From: an uncultured virus (IMG/VR IMGVR_UViG_3300037400_005412)
Taxonomy: Duplodnaviria > Heunggongvirae > Uroviricota > Caudoviricetes
IMG/VR virus record: IMGVR_UViG_3300037400_005412
Reading direction: 5' to 3' (one strand)
Length of the DNA stretch: 64,000 nt
The notes beneath the pieces are model-generated. The model made no database searches. It was not told the origin of the DNA and saw nothing but the letters and a program-made list of their open reading frames with translations. Of the stretch, positions 11,726-24,207 are shown one piece after another (positions within the stretch are counted from its first letter, which is position 1; every line of letters starts with the position of its first letter). The position numbers and the translations under genes were made by a program.

Positions 11726-11989
11726 GTGATTTTTATTCTCAAATACGTATTTTTAGGAATAAGTCTTTATATTTTAATTATTCCAATTTTAGAATCACTC
11801 TCCGCCTTAATTTGCCAAGGTATTGAAGTTTTAAAAGGAAAATTAATTTATTAGCAAGCATTAATTCAAGAACAAGTTGATAAAATTAATGTAGAACAAC
11901 AATCATCTAATAACCTAACTTAGGCTATTGGTTTTGCAATACCGGCGGACGAGGAAAACTATGAGGAGGAAATTGATGAAGATTCATAA
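11726..11989 (+). CDS. Membrane-anchored hypothetical protein (code 15)
   Basis: GTG start, N-terminal TM, two TAG, acidic tail. Confidence 0.5.
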
Positions 11990-13232
11990 GTTTTATGATA
12001 CAAGTTCATTATTATTAAAAGCTAATAATTTATTTGATAATAATGAAAAAGAAGAAATTATTATTTCTTCTATTACTTTAGAAGAATTAGAGAATATTAA
12101 AACTTCTACTGGGAAAGACCCAGAAGTAAAGTATCTAGCTCGAAAACTTCTTCATACATTGGAAGAATATAATAATGAATATATTGTACATATATTTACC
12201 GAAGATATGTTAGATCCAATCAAAGAACATAATCTATCAATTACTAATGATACAAAAATTTTAGCAACTGCTTTAGACTATATAGAGAAAAATCAATGTT
12301 TTATAGAGTTTATAACAAATGATTTATGTCTTAAACATATCGCTAAAATTTTTTTAAATAATAAAGTAAAAAGTATAGAAGAAGATTTTGAAAATGACTA
12401 TTCTGGTTATCTTGAAATAATAATGGATAACTCTCAAATGGAAAATTTTTATTCTCATTTAGAAGAAAATACTTTAGATGCTTTAATAAATCAATATATT
12501 ATTATAAAAAATATTTATGGAGAAATAGTTGATAGACGCATATGGACTGGAACTACTTATAGAAATATAACTTTTGAAAACTTTCGCTCTATAGAATTAG
12601 GAGATATACGTCCAATGCCAGGAGATGCTTAGCAGATGTTTGTAGCAGATAGTTTATGTCATAATAAAATAACTGTCATACGCGGTCCTGCTGGCACTGG
12701 TAAATCATAGTTATCTCTTGGATATTTATTCTGGGCATTAGAAAAACATAAAATTGAAAAAATTATTATATTTTGTAATACAGTTGCAGCTAAAGGAGCC
12801 GCGAGATTAGGTTTTTTACCAGGTACGCGAGAAGAAAAGCTACTTGATAGCTAGATAGGAAATTTCTTAATTAGCAAATTAGGCGATAGAATGGAAGTAG
12901 AAAGATTAATAAATGATGGAAAACTTTTATTACTTCCAATGGCAGATATCCGTGGCTATGATACTGCTAATATGAATGCTGGAATTTATATTACAGAAGC
13001 ACAAAATTTAGATATTGCATTAATGAAACTTGCCCTTCAACGCATTGGCGAAGATTGTGTTTGTATTATAGATGGTGATGAAAAAACCCAAGTTGATGAT
13101 GCAGCTTTTGCTGGTGCTAATAATGGGATACGTAGATTATCAAAAATTTTTAAAGGGCAAGATTTTTATGGCGAAATTGAATTAAAAAAGATTTATCGTT
13201 CAAGAATTGCCGAATTAGCAGAAAAAATGTAA
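11976..13232 (+). CDS. phoH: PIN-domain PhoH-family ATPase
   Basis: FYDTSSL PIN start, TNDLCL, GPAGTGKS, GFLPG, IRG, TEAQN, DGDEKTQVD; joined through TAGs. Confidence 0.85.
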
Positions 13233-13260
13233 AGAGACTGATTTTATCAGTCTCTTTTTT
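13232..13260 (+). terminator. Intrinsic terminator
   Basis: AAGAGACTGAT/ATCAGTCTCTT followed by a T-tract. Confidence 0.7.
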
Positions 13261-13287
13261 CATTAATAAAGGAAGGAGGAATAAAAA

Positions 13288-15459
13288 ATGTCAGTACAAG
13301 AAATTATATGGAATTATTTCTTAAATAAAGGTTTTACTCCATAGGCTATTAGTGGTATAATGGGAAATATTGATATAGAAAGTAATTTTGAATCTAATAA
13401 TGTAGAAGATGGACGTGGGTATAGTGACGAAGTTTATACCTCTATGGTTGATAATAAAATTTATAATAATTTTATTAATGATGGGATCGGGTATGGATTA
13501 GTTCAATGGACTTATTATATTTTTAAAAAAGATTTATTAGATAGATGCTAGCATGCAAATAAATCTATAGCTGATTTAAATTGTCAATTAGAACAGTTAT
13601 ATTCTCATTTACAAAGTGAAAATATATTAAATAAAATTAAAAATCTTACTTCAATAGAAGAAGCAACAAAAATATTTATGTTAAAATTTGAAAAACCAAA
13701 AGATTAGAGCTTAGAAGCTCAATAGGAAAGAATTAAGGCAGCGCAAAAATGGTTTAATATTTTTTAGACGAAATAGGGAGGGAGCAATAGTAAAATGAAA
13801 TATTCACAATCAAATCCTCCATTAATGTGTATGATGACTCATTCTACTTGTTATTAGCAAACAAACAAAATGTAGGTAAAAGGAGTATTATGGCATTCAA
13901 CAGGAGCAAATAATAAAACTTTAAAAAGATATGTATAGCCTAGTCTAGAAGATCCAAACTATGATAAACTTATATCATTAATTGGTAAAAATGTTAATAG
14001 AAATGATTGGAATAACATTTCTGTTTAGGCTGGATTAAATGCCTGGGTAGGTACTTTAGCTAATGGTACAGTTGCCGCTGTATAGACTATGCCTTGGGAT
14101 TATAAACCTTGGGGATGCGGTTCCGGCAGTAAAGGTAGCTGTAACAATGGCTGGTGCTAGTTTGAAATATGTGAAGATAATTTATCAGATCCTACATATT
14201 TTTCAGCAGTATATAAAGAAGCTTGTGAGTTAACTGCTTATATTTGTAAAGCATATAATATAAATCCTTTTGGAAGTGTAAATGGTGTCCCAACTATTCT
14301 TTGCCATTAGGATAGTTATAAATTAGGTTTAGGCACTAACCATAGTGATGTTTATCATTGGTTTAATCGCTATGGTAAAACTATGGATGATGTACGTAGA
14401 GATGTAACTAATTTATTAGGAAATAATAATACAACTATTTCTAATTAGGAAGAAAATTATAATATGTTGTTAAAAATAGGAATGGAAAATAATTCACAAG
14501 TAAAAGCTATGCAATAGGGATTACAAAAATTAGATTATAAAATAGAAGATGATGGTGATTTTGGACCTATTACAGAAAATGCTTTAAAAGATTATCAACA
14601 AAAACATAATCTTACTCCTAATGGAATTTTTGGAATAGAAACTTTTATATCTATGAAAAATGAAATTGCTAAATTACCAAAAACAATTAATATAACTACT
14701 AATTCAAAATATACTGATATAATGTTAGGTTCATCTTCAAAAGATGAAAATGGTCAGTACACTGGCGGTTAGGGGGGCGACCAAACTGGCAAAGAAGTGC
14801 ATATTTTAAATTGGTATAATAATGGTTGGACTAGTGTACTTCGTCCAAAAGATGATGATTTAGCAGAGAAAATAGCGAGTGCTTGTGAAAAAGGTTGTTT
14901 AAATGATAACATAGGATATAGTTAGTCTACTAGAAATACACTATTAGCATAGGCAAAATCAGTAGGATTAGACTTATCAAAAATTTCAACTCCTTGTAAT
15001 TGTGATTGTAGTTCATTTGTAAGTACTTGTTGTGTATGTGCTGGTTTACCAGAAAATTTATTCTTCCCATATGGAAATGGTTGTACTACTTGGACTATTG
15101 CTGATGCTTGTTTATAGAGTGGACAATTTATATAGTTAACAGATAATATATATTTGAATCAAAAAAATTATTTAAAACGTGGAGATATTTTACTTAATCG
15201 AAATAGTCACGTTGTAATAGTTTTAGGAAATGGTAATTTAACTTCGCCGTAGAAGGAAGAAAATCCACAAAGATTTCCTTATTATGTCAAAGTTGTAGTA
15301 CCAGCTTTAAATGTTCGTTCAGCTCCTAATAGTACAGCTTCTATAAAAGCATAGGTTAAACAGGGAGAAATATATACTATCGTAGCAGAGGAAGGAGGGT
15401 TTGGCAAGCTTAAATCAGGTGTTGGTTGGATTGATTTAAGATATGTCCAAAAGAAATGA
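13288..15459 (+). CDS. Multi-domain endolysin (723 aa): phage tail-lysozyme, Zn amidase, PG-binding, NlpC/P60-CHAP-like and SH3 domains
   Basis: Single frame with 22 TAG and no TAA/TGA; GIMGNIDIES/GYGLVQWT, WHSTGANN/FEICED/HSD, DGDFGPIT, DCSSFV/GDILL, LNVRSAP/GWI. Confidence 0.85.
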
Positions 15460-15785
15460 TTAAAAAAAATAATGGAAAACATATAAAAAATCATACGGAA
15501 TTTTCAAAAGCCTTATTGACCCAAGAGTCAATACTAATTTGGATAAATACATTAGCGATGTTAGTTTTGGCTTTTATGTGTATTTATTAGGGCTATTTTG
15601 GAGAATTGCCCTGGCTTTCGGTAATGGCAGGGTTGCCTTGGGCAGCTTATGCGATTAGTTAGCGAGAATATTATATTAAAGCTAGTAAAGAAAATACAAA
15701 AGATGGTATTAAATTTGAAACAGTAATGGCAGATTATAGAGAAACAACTGATCCAATTCACTTTAATGATTCTGCCTTTGGCTGA
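15456..15785 (+). CDS. Putative holin (2 TM, two TAG)
   Basis: ATGA-coupled to the lysin; two hydrophobic helices. Confidence 0.6.
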
Positions 15786-15961
15786 TAAACTATGCAATGA
15801 CCAAGATAATATTATATTATATATTATCTTGGTTTATTTTTTTAGAATTGACAATTATTTTTTTTTATAATATAATATTTATATATAAAATAAATAATTT
15901 TTATGACATATATATCATAGAATAAAAAAAAATAATTGTCAAGGAATTAGGAGATATATAT

Positions 15962-16408
15962 ATGCGTTATTATTATACAGATGGTTCAGCAACTGAAAAT
16001 GGTACTGAAAATTCTATGGGAGGATTTGGAATCGTTGAAGTTGATGAAAATAATAATATTCTTTGGGAATATCAAGAAAATAATTTAAAATATGAAACAA
16101 ATAATTCTATGGAATTAACAGCTATCTTATATGCTTTAAATCATATAGAAATTGAAGAAGCATCTTTTACGAAACCAATTATTTATAGTGATAGTGCTTA
16201 TTGCGTAAATCTTATAAATGATTGGATGTATAGTTGGGAGCGCAATGGATGGAAGCGCCCTAAAAATCAAGAAGTTAAAAATTTAAATCTTATTAAACAA
16301 ATTTTTGAATTAGCAGATTTAGCACAAATAAAAAAAGTCAAAGGACATTCTGATAATAAATGGAATAATTATGCTGATAAATTAGCAACAGGAGAATATA
16401 AAATATAA
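15962..16408 (+). CDS. rnhA: Ribonuclease HI
   Basis: YTDGS, TNNSMEL, SDSAY, KVKGHS, NNYADKLA. Confidence 0.9.
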   Translation: MRYYYTDGSATENGTENSMGGFGIVEVDENNNILWEYQENNLKYETNNSMELTAILYALNHIEIEEASFTKPIIYSDSAYCVNLINDWMYSWERNGWKRPKNQEVKNLNLIKQIFELADLAQIKKVKGHSDNKWNNYADKLATGEYKI

Positions 16409-16692
16409 TGAGAATTAATTTTTTACCAGTAAATATTTATATTAATCGTAATGAAAAATTTTTTGCTAAAATAGAGTGGTTTTTATATAAACATTTTGGA
16501 TTAAAAAGAACTGTTCCTTGTGGACAAACTGAAAAGAATAAATATTTATGGTGTGCTCAACCAACTGATGAAGAACATTGTTATTATAGCAAAGAAGATA
16601 AAACAGAAGTTAAATGTAAATGTTGTAATCAATTGAAAATAATGAGTAATCAACCAATTGATTTAAAGAAAATTTACGAAGAAGAATTTTAA
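16408..16692 (+). CDS. Hypothetical protein
   Basis: Track ORF coupled to rnhA. Confidence 0.55.
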   Translation: MRINFLPVNIYINRNEKFFAKIEWFLYKHFGLKRTVPCGQTEKNKYLWCAQPTDEEHCYYSKEDKTEVKCKCCNQLKIMSNQPIDLKKIYEEEF

Positions 16693-16755
16693 CTTGACTT
16701 TAATTAAAAAAAATGATATAATATAATATAAAGAAAAAAAATAAGGAGTTTTATA

Positions 16756-17091
16756 ATGCTAAACGAATTATTAAAATGTTGTTTTGGTTGTCCTGTATGT
16801 GGGCGAATACTTTATCGTCCATTAAAAGGATATTGGTGTCCATATTGCGGTGCTGATGTAGAAAAAGGATAGTCAGATGAAATAATTAATTTAAAAAATA
16901 GATTAACTGCTAGAGATGATAATGGAGTTCCTTATTATTGTGGGGAACATACACTTCATTCTTTTACTTATGCATAGGATATGACTATTACTGCAATTGG
17001 AGAGATTCTCGAAAAACTTTGCCAATATGAAGAAATTGAAGTTGAAAATGATAGAATTATTAATGAGTTAGTAGGAGAAAATAGTGAATGA
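16756..17091 (+). CDS. Zn-ribbon hypothetical protein (code 15)
   Basis: CPVC...CPYC; two TAG; SD AAGGAG. Confidence 0.55.
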
Positions 17092-17396
17092 AAAATATTT
17101 TAAATCCTGATTGTAGTGTAGTATATTATTGGTATGATCATTTAGTATTACGAGATAATGGTGATGCTAAAATTATAACAAAAGCTATTAGTAAAGGTGA
17201 CTTTGAAACTTTTTGTATGATTAAAAATAAATATCCTACAAAAAAATATTATAATAAAGAATTTGGTGAATGTGATTTAGTATATTTCCCAAATTATGCT
17301 TCTATTTTTTATAATGATGAAATAATTGGAGAAATTGATATTACAACTGAATTAGGTTTTAGTTTTATTACTGATAGTGAATTTGAATGTGGTTGA
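17088..17396 (+). CDS. Hypothetical protein
   Basis: Track ORF with ATGA overlap. Confidence 0.55.
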   Translation: MKNILNPDCSVVYYWYDHLVLRDNGDAKIITKAISKGDFETFCMIKNKYPTKKYYNKEFGECDLVYFPNYASIFYNDEIIGEIDITTELGFSFITDSEFECG

Positions 17397-17466
17397 TGAA
17401 TTCTGCTTCGGTCAATTAAATAGAAAAATATTACAATAAATGATTTATTAAAAGGAGAGTAAAATA

Positions 17467-19365
17467 TTGGGTAAATTATACACAGAAGATAGCATAGAAT
17501 CGTTAAGCCCACTTGAATTTACAAGACTTAGACCTGGCGTTTATGCTGGTGACACAACATATGCTACTCAATTAGCAATAGAAATTTTTTCAAATGCTGT
17601 TGATGAATTTAGAGCTGGCAATGGTGATAAGATTGATATAACTATTAAAGGTCCAGTAGTTTCAATTAGAGACTATGGTCAAGGATTTATTCCAAATAGT
17701 TTTCGTGATGATGGTAAAACAATCCTTGAGGCAGCATTTAGTGTATTAAATACTTCTGGTAAATATCGTGAAGATGGTACATATGAAGGTACGTCATTAG
17801 GTTCTTTTGGTATTGGATCTAAAATTACTACTTATCTCTCACATTGGTTAAATGTTACTACATTTAGAGATAATGCAGCTGAAGAAATTCATTTTAAAGA
17901 AGGCGTTTTTGATAATCGTATTAGCGCTGATATAAATGAAAGACCATCAGGAACGTTAGTAGAATGGGAACCTAGTGAAGAATTTTTTACTCATCCAGAA
18001 GTAAATGTAAATGAATTAAAAACTCTATTTAAAACAATTTCTGCTTTATGCCCTGGTCTTACTATTAATTTAGATGATAATGGAAATAAAACAACTTATT
18101 TCTCTAAGAATGGTATTAATGATTTAGTGGATGAAGCAGTTGAAGGAAAAGAATTAATTAGAAATCGTTTTGTTATGAATTATCAAAATGATAAAAATAA
18201 AATTGATATGATTATGACATATACTTCTAATTATTCAATGAATTTAATCCCATATGTTAATACTGGTTTAACAGCAAATGGTCCACATATCTCACAAATT
18301 AAATCTCTTTTAACTCGTGAATTTAATAAATTTTTCCGTGATAAAAAATGGTTAAAAGAAAAAGAAGAAAATCTTTCTGGTGAAGATATACAAGAAGGAC
18401 TTTATATCATATTTAATATTACTGCTCCAAATGTAGCATATGATGCTCAAGTAAAAACAAGAGTTACGAAATTAGAAATGACTCCTTTTACTTCGGCAAT
18501 AGCAGAGGAACTTCGCGTTTGGTTTACAGCAAATGAAAAAGATATAAAGATGATCGCTGATAAAGCATTAGGTGCTCGTAAAGCAAGATTAGCAGCTCAA
18601 AAGGCCAGAGAAAATGCTCGCGAAGGACAAAAGAAAAAAGAAAAAGCCTTAAAATTTGACAGTAAGTTAACTGATTGTTATAGCAAAGATAGAAAAAAAT
18701 GTGAAATTTATATTACTGAGGGTGATTCTGCAAGTGGCAATTTAATTCAAGCACGTAATAATGAATTTCAAGCAATTTTACCTGTTCGTGGTAAAATTTT
18801 AAATACACATAAAGCTACTTTAGATAAAATTCAAAAAAATGCTGAAATTATGAATATGATTGATGCATTTGGTTTAGAAGTAGATTTAAAAACTATGAAA
18901 GTAACTTATGATCCGAATAAATTAAGATATGGTAAAATTATTATTATGAGCGATGCCGACGTTGATGGAGCTCATATTAAAAATCTTTTTTATACATTTA
19001 TTTGGAATTTTTGCCCTCAACTTATTGATGATGGATATGTCTATGCTGGTGTCCCACCTCTTTATAGAGTAGTAATGGGTAAAAAATATTATTATCTTAA
19101 AGACGATCCAGCATTAGAAGAATTCCGTAATAAAAATAAAGGTAAAAATTATGAAATTAATCGTTTTAAAGGTCTTGGCGAAATGAATGTTGAAGAGACA
19201 GAAGAAACATTGATTGATCCAGAAGTAAGAATTATTAATCAAGTAACTATTAGTGATGCTGCAAAAGCAACTAAATTATTTGATGATTTAATGGGAACAG
19301 CAGTAATTCCTAGAAAACAATATATTAAAGAGCATAGTAATGAAGCAACTTATAATGCAGAGTGA
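17467..19365 (+). CDS. gyrB: DNA gyrase subunit B
   Basis: LRPGVY, EIFSNAVDE, EGDSA, PVRGKILN, DADVDG, RFKGLGEM. Confidence 0.92.
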   Translation: MGKLYTEDSIESLSPLEFTRLRPGVYAGDTTYATQLAIEIFSNAVDEFRAGNGDKIDITIKGPVVSIRDYGQGFIPNSFRDDGKTILEAAFSVLNTSGKYREDGTYEGTSLGSFGIGSKITTYLSHWLNVTTFRDNAAEEIHFKEGVFDNRISADINERPSGTLVEWEPSEEFFTHPEVNVNELKTLFKTISALCPGLTINLDDNGNKTTYFSKNGINDLVDEAVEGKELIRNRFVMNYQNDKNKIDMIMTYTSNYSMNLIPYVNTGLTANGPHISQIKSLLTREFNKFFRDKKWLKEKEENLSGEDIQEGLYIIFNITAPNVAYDAQVKTRVTKLEMTPFTSAIAEELRVWFTANEKDIKMIADKALGARKARLAAQKARENAREGQKKKEKALKFDSKLTDCYSKDRKKCEIYITEGDSASGNLIQARNNEFQAILPVRGKILNTHKATLDKIQKNAEIMNMIDAFGLEVDLKTMKVTYDPNKLRYGKIIIMSDADVDGAHIKNLFYTFIWNFCPQLIDDGYVYAGVPPLYRVVMGKKYYYLKDDPALEEFRNKNKGKNYEINRFKGLGEMNVEETEETLIDPEVRIINQVTISDAAKATKLFDDLMGTAVIPRKQYIKEHSNEATYNAE

Positions 19366-19376
19366 GGTTAATATAA

Positions 19377-21719
19377 ATGGTAAGTGATATAGTAAAAGAA
19401 TTAGGAACTAATTTTATAGAGTATGCTGTTGCTGTTAATACAGACCGTGCAATTCCAGATGCTAAAAGCGGATTAAAGCCAGTAGCAAAAAGAATTTTGT
19501 ATGATGCTTATATTAGTGGATTTAGTAGTTCTAAAAAATATGTAAAATGTGCTCTTATGGTCGGTGACACAATGGGTCGTTTTCATCCACATGGGGATAG
19601 TTCAATTTACTCAGCTTTATGCCGTTTAGCTCAAGATTGGACTATGCGTTATCCATTAATTGATTTTCATGGAAATCTTGGCAATAGAGATGGTAGTGGC
19701 CCAGCAGCTTATCGTTATACAGAAGCAAGATTACACAAATTAACAGAAGATGGTATGTTATTTGGAATGAAAAAAGGAGTAGTAGATTACATTCCTAACT
19801 ATTCTGAAAATGAAAATGAGCCAGTAACATTACCTTCAATTTTTCCCAATCTGTTATGTAATCCTAATACGGGAATTGGTGTTGCAATGGCTTGCAATTG
19901 GGCTCCTCATAATTTAAATGAAGTGGCACAAGCAATTAATGATTATATAGATGGAAAAGAACCTATGCTTCCTGGGCCAGATTTTCCTACTGGTGGAATT
20001 ATTATTAATAAAAATGATATTCCAACTATTATGCGGACAGGTCATGGTAGTGTAAAAATCCGTGGTAAATATCATATGGAAGGAAATAATATTGTATTTA
20101 CAGAACTTCCTTATGCTGTTGTTACTGAGAATCTTATGAAAACTATTGGTGAATTATGCGATAGTGGAGATATTCAGGGAATTACAGAAATTCGTAATGA
20201 AAGTAACAGAAAAAGTGGTTTTCGTCTTGTATGTGAATGCGCAAAAGATGCTAATATTACGAAAATAATTCAATTACTTTTTCAAAAAACTGATTTACAA
20301 TCTTCATTTTCATATAATCAAGTAGCTCTTATTGATAAAACACCAACTGAATTAAATCTAAAAGATTGTTGTAAAATTTATATTGAGCATAATACTGAAT
20401 GTATTAAAAGAGAAGCTGAATATGATATTAATAAAGCAAAAGATAGATTAAATATTATTGAAGGTTTATTAAAAGCTCTTGAAGATATTGATAATGTAAT
20501 TGCTTTAATTAAAGCGTCTGAAAGTAGTGCAAAAGCTCGTGAATCATTAATGAAGAAATATGGTTTTAATGAAGAACAAGCTAAGGCAATTACTGATATG
20601 AAATTAGGTAAATTAGCTGGATTAGAAAGAATTGAAATTGAAAATGAAAAAGCTGAATTACTTACTACAATTGATGAATTAAATGCTATTCTTAATAATC
20701 TTATTGGAGAATTAAGAAAACGTCTTGATGTTATCGTTAAAAAATATGGTGATATCCGTCGTACCGAATTAGCGCAAATTGATACCCCAAAGACTAAAGA
20801 AGAAAAAGAAATTGCTGAAATCCCACCAGAAAAATGTGTAGTTGTAATGACTGAAAATGGTAGTTTAAAGCGTATTCCTGCTACTTCATTTAAGACACAG
20901 CGCAGGGGTGGAAAAGGCGTTAAAACACAAGAAGATATAACATCTGCGGTAATTCGTACTAATACAGTTGATAGTCTTATGATTTTTTCCAATAAAGGAA
21001 AAATGTATCGTTTGGTAGTAAATAATATTCCAGAAGGAACTAATACTTCAAAAGGAACTCCAGTAAGAGCTTTAGTTGAAATGGAAACTGGTGAAGATGT
21101 TTCTACTATTTATTCTATTTATCGTGATACAGACGCTAAATATGTTTTATTTGTTACTAAAAATGGTCTTGTAAAAAAGACTGCTTTGAGCGAGTATATA
21201 GGCACAAAGAAATCTAAAGGTATCGGTGCTATTAATATTAAAGATGGCGATGAACTAGCTGTTGTTACATTAGTAAAAGATGAACCACTTCTTATTGTCA
21301 GTAAAAATGGTTATGTGATTAGGTTTAATAGTGCTGATATTAGTACTACTGGTAGACTTACGGCTGGCGTTAAAGGTATTAATTTAAGTGAAGATGATTA
21401 TGTTGTTGCCGCTTTACCAATTCGTCATAGTGAAGATGATTTAGCGGTCTTTTCAAGTAAAGGATATGGTAAAAAAGTTAAGTTAGATGATATCCCAACA
21501 CAAAAACGAGGCGGGAAAGGTATTATTATTTATAAACCAAATGAAATATATGGAAATGCTAGCTGCGGTCAATTGATTAGTGATGAAGATATGGTGTTAT
21601 TAATTGGTAATAAAAATTCCGTATGCTTATCAGCAAAAGACATCTCAGAGATGGGAAGAGCTGCATATGGAAATATAATGTTAAAAAATAATTTTATCTT
21701 AGATGTGAGTAAAGTATAA
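19377..21719 (+). CDS. gyrA: DNA gyrase subunit A
   Basis: GLKPVAKR, HPHGD, AAYRYTE active site, GyrA-box QRRGGKG, pinwheel repeats. Confidence 0.92.
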   Translation: MVSDIVKELGTNFIEYAVAVNTDRAIPDAKSGLKPVAKRILYDAYISGFSSSKKYVKCALMVGDTMGRFHPHGDSSIYSALCRLAQDWTMRYPLIDFHGNLGNRDGSGPAAYRYTEARLHKLTEDGMLFGMKKGVVDYIPNYSENENEPVTLPSIFPNLLCNPNTGIGVAMACNWAPHNLNEVAQAINDYIDGKEPMLPGPDFPTGGIIINKNDIPTIMRTGHGSVKIRGKYHMEGNNIVFTELPYAVVTENLMKTIGELCDSGDIQGITEIRNESNRKSGFRLVCECAKDANITKIIQLLFQKTDLQSSFSYNQVALIDKTPTELNLKDCCKIYIEHNTECIKREAEYDINKAKDRLNIIEGLLKALEDIDNVIALIKASESSAKARESLMKKYGFNEEQAKAITDMKLGKLAGLERIEIENEKAELLTTIDELNAILNNLIGELRKRLDVIVKKYGDIRRTELAQIDTPKTKEEKEIAEIPPEKCVVVMTENGSLKRIPATSFKTQRRGGKGVKTQEDITSAVIRTNTVDSLMIFSNKGKMYRLVVNNIPEGTNTSKGTPVRALVEMETGEDVSTIYSIYRDTDAKYVLFVTKNGLVKKTALSEYIGTKKSKGIGAINIKDGDELAVVTLVKDEPLLIVSKNGYVIRFNSADISTTGRLTAGVKGINLSEDDYVVAALPIRHSEDDLAVFSSKGYGKKVKLDDIPTQKRGGKGIIIYKPNEIYGNASCGQLISDEDMVLLIGNKNSVCLSAKDISEMGRAAYGNIMLKNNFILDVSKV

Positions 21720-21854
21720 TGGAAGTTAAAGAATTTAAATTAGTGGAAATGAGTTCCTATAGTCCTGATTAGGGCTATAGGAAGTGGTATGAATTTCAAC
21801 CACAATATAGTGATAATGGAATAATTTATATTAATTTGGAGAATATAAATAAAA

Positions 21855-23810
21855 ATGAACAAACTTGATGAAATGCAAGAACTAATTGATAAATTAAATT
21901 ATTATATTAAAATGTATGATGAAGGAAATCCAGTAATTTCTGATAAAGAATATGATGATTTATATTTTCAATTAGAAAAATTAGAAGAAGAGTCCGGCGT
22001 TTGTATGGCAAATTCTCCAACTTGCCATGTAGATTACTTTTCATTAAATGAATTAAAAAAAGTAAAACATTCTCACCCTATGCTCTCATTAGACAAAACT
22101 AAAACCATTCAAGATATTTTAAATTTTAAAAGCGATAAAGATGTTATTTCTATGCTTAAAATGGATGGTTTAACTTGTTCTATTCGTTATGAGCAAGGAG
22201 TATTAATAAGTGCCGAAACTCGTGGAAATGGTGAGATAGGAGAAGATATCACTCATAATATTATCACAGTTAAAGGCGTTCCAATAGAAATTCCTTTTAA
22301 AGGCACTTTAGTCGTTGATGGTGAAGTTATTTGTACTTATAAAGATTTTGAATTATTTAGTGATAAATTTGCTAATCCACGTAATTTTGCGGCAGGCAGC
22401 ATTAGATTATTAAATAATGGAGAATGTGCTAATAGGCATTTAACTTTTATTGTTTGGGATGTTATCCAAGGATTTGAGGATTGTAAAACTTTAACTGAGA
22501 AATTATATAAAATAGATGATTTAGGATTTAATTTTGTCCCTCATTTACAATGGCCTGAAAATAAAGTGGATGAAGAGACTTTTAATCATATCTCTACTTT
22601 ATTAACTAATTGGGCGCAAAAGGATGATTTTCAATATCCATATGACGGATTAGTATTTAAATATAATAATTGTAATTATTATTCTTCTCTTGGAGAAACT
22701 GGACATCATCCAAAAGGTGGATTAGCATTTAAGTTTTATGATGAAGAATATGAAACATATTTAAAAGATATTGAATGGTCTATGGGGAAAACAGGACAAA
22801 TTACACCTGTAGCAATCTTTGAAGAAGTTGATACAGGAGATTCTATAATTTCTCGTGCTTCTGTTCATAATTTAAATATTATGAAACAAATATTGGGAGA
22901 ACGTCCTTATATTGGTCAAAAAATTTGGGTATGTAAACAAAATGAAATTATTCCACAAATTGTAAAAGCTGAAAAAGAAAATTATATTCAAGATTTAATA
23001 CTTGATATTCCAAAAAAATGTCCTTGTTGTGGGGCAGATACTTTTATTAAAGATGATTTTCTTTATTGTAGTAATAAAGAATGTGAAGGAAAATTAATTA
23101 ATAAATTAGATCATTTTGTAGGGAAAAAAGGTCTTGATATTAAAGGTTTATCTAAAGCAACTCTTCAAAAATTAATTAATTGGGAATGGATTAATTCTAT
23201 TTCTGATATTTTTGAGTTATACCAGCATCGTAATGAATGGTATAAAAAAGATGGGTTTGGAGTTAAATCTGTTGATAATATTCTTGAAGCAATAGAAAAT
23301 AGTAAAGAATGTGAATTATGGCAATTTATTTCTAGTTTAAGTATTCCATTGATTGGTAGTACATATGCTAAAGAAATTGCTAGAAAATGTTTTGATTGGT
23401 CATAGTTTGTAGAGCGTATAAATAATGATAGTAGCTTTATGGAATGGAATGGTTTTGGATTTGAAATGGATAAGGCTTTACATTCTTTCGACTATACTGA
23501 AGCAAATAATTTAGTTTCTAATATTTTATCTTTAAAAAATTCTTTATGGAGAAATCCAGAAGATGAAATTAGAGATAATAATTTAAATGGAAAAAACTTG
23601 TGTGTAACTGGAAAATTAAAGATATTTAAAAATAGAGATGAACTAGTTGCGGCGGTCGAAGCTGCGGGCGGCAAAGTTACTAGTGCCGTTAGCAGTAAAA
23701 CTTCATATCTAGTTACTAATGATACTGAATCTGGTTCAAGTAAAAATATTAAAGCAAAGCAGCTTAATATACCTATTATTACAGAATCTCAATTGTATGA
23801 TATGCTTTGA
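21855..23810 (+). CDS. ligA: NAD-dependent DNA ligase with BRCT domain (one TAG at 23403)
   Basis: KMDG, TRGNG, NPRNFAAGS, Zn finger; in-frame BRCT lies after the TAG. Confidence 0.92.
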
Positions 23811-23866
23811 CTTTTAAAAAAAAATTTAGTATAATATATTTGTAAATAAGGAAGAGAAAAATTTTT

Positions 23867-24061
23867 ATGAAGAAAAAAGAACTCAAAAATTTAGCAGAAA
23901 AAATTGCTAAATGTGAGTATGTAATTGAAAATAGTAAAGATAATAATGAAATAAGCGCAGCATAGGCAGAGATTATGCGGCTTTCTAGTAAGGTTCATAA
24001 TTTTGAAGACCTTGATTAGTTAGATGAATTAATTTAGACTATGTTAAAAAAATTATCTTGA
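23867..24061 (+). CDS. Hypothetical protein (three TAG)
   Basis: ATG..TGA open frame under code 15. Confidence 0.55.
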
Positions 24062-24207
24062 CAATTGAAAAATTTTTTTGTATAATATTTACACAAATTA
24101 AAAAATATTTAAGGGGAACAGTGGAGTAATTAACCAATGAGATAATGCTTTGCCCTTATCAAAGCAAGCCTTTTATATAATTCCGAATAAGGGAAGGAAT
24201 GATAAAT

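Noticed and set aside
20378..20992. Long antisense ORFs (also 2585-2884, 28209-28853, 59229-59498 and others)
   Set aside because: Shadows of well-supported genes on the opposite strand; no motifs or SD
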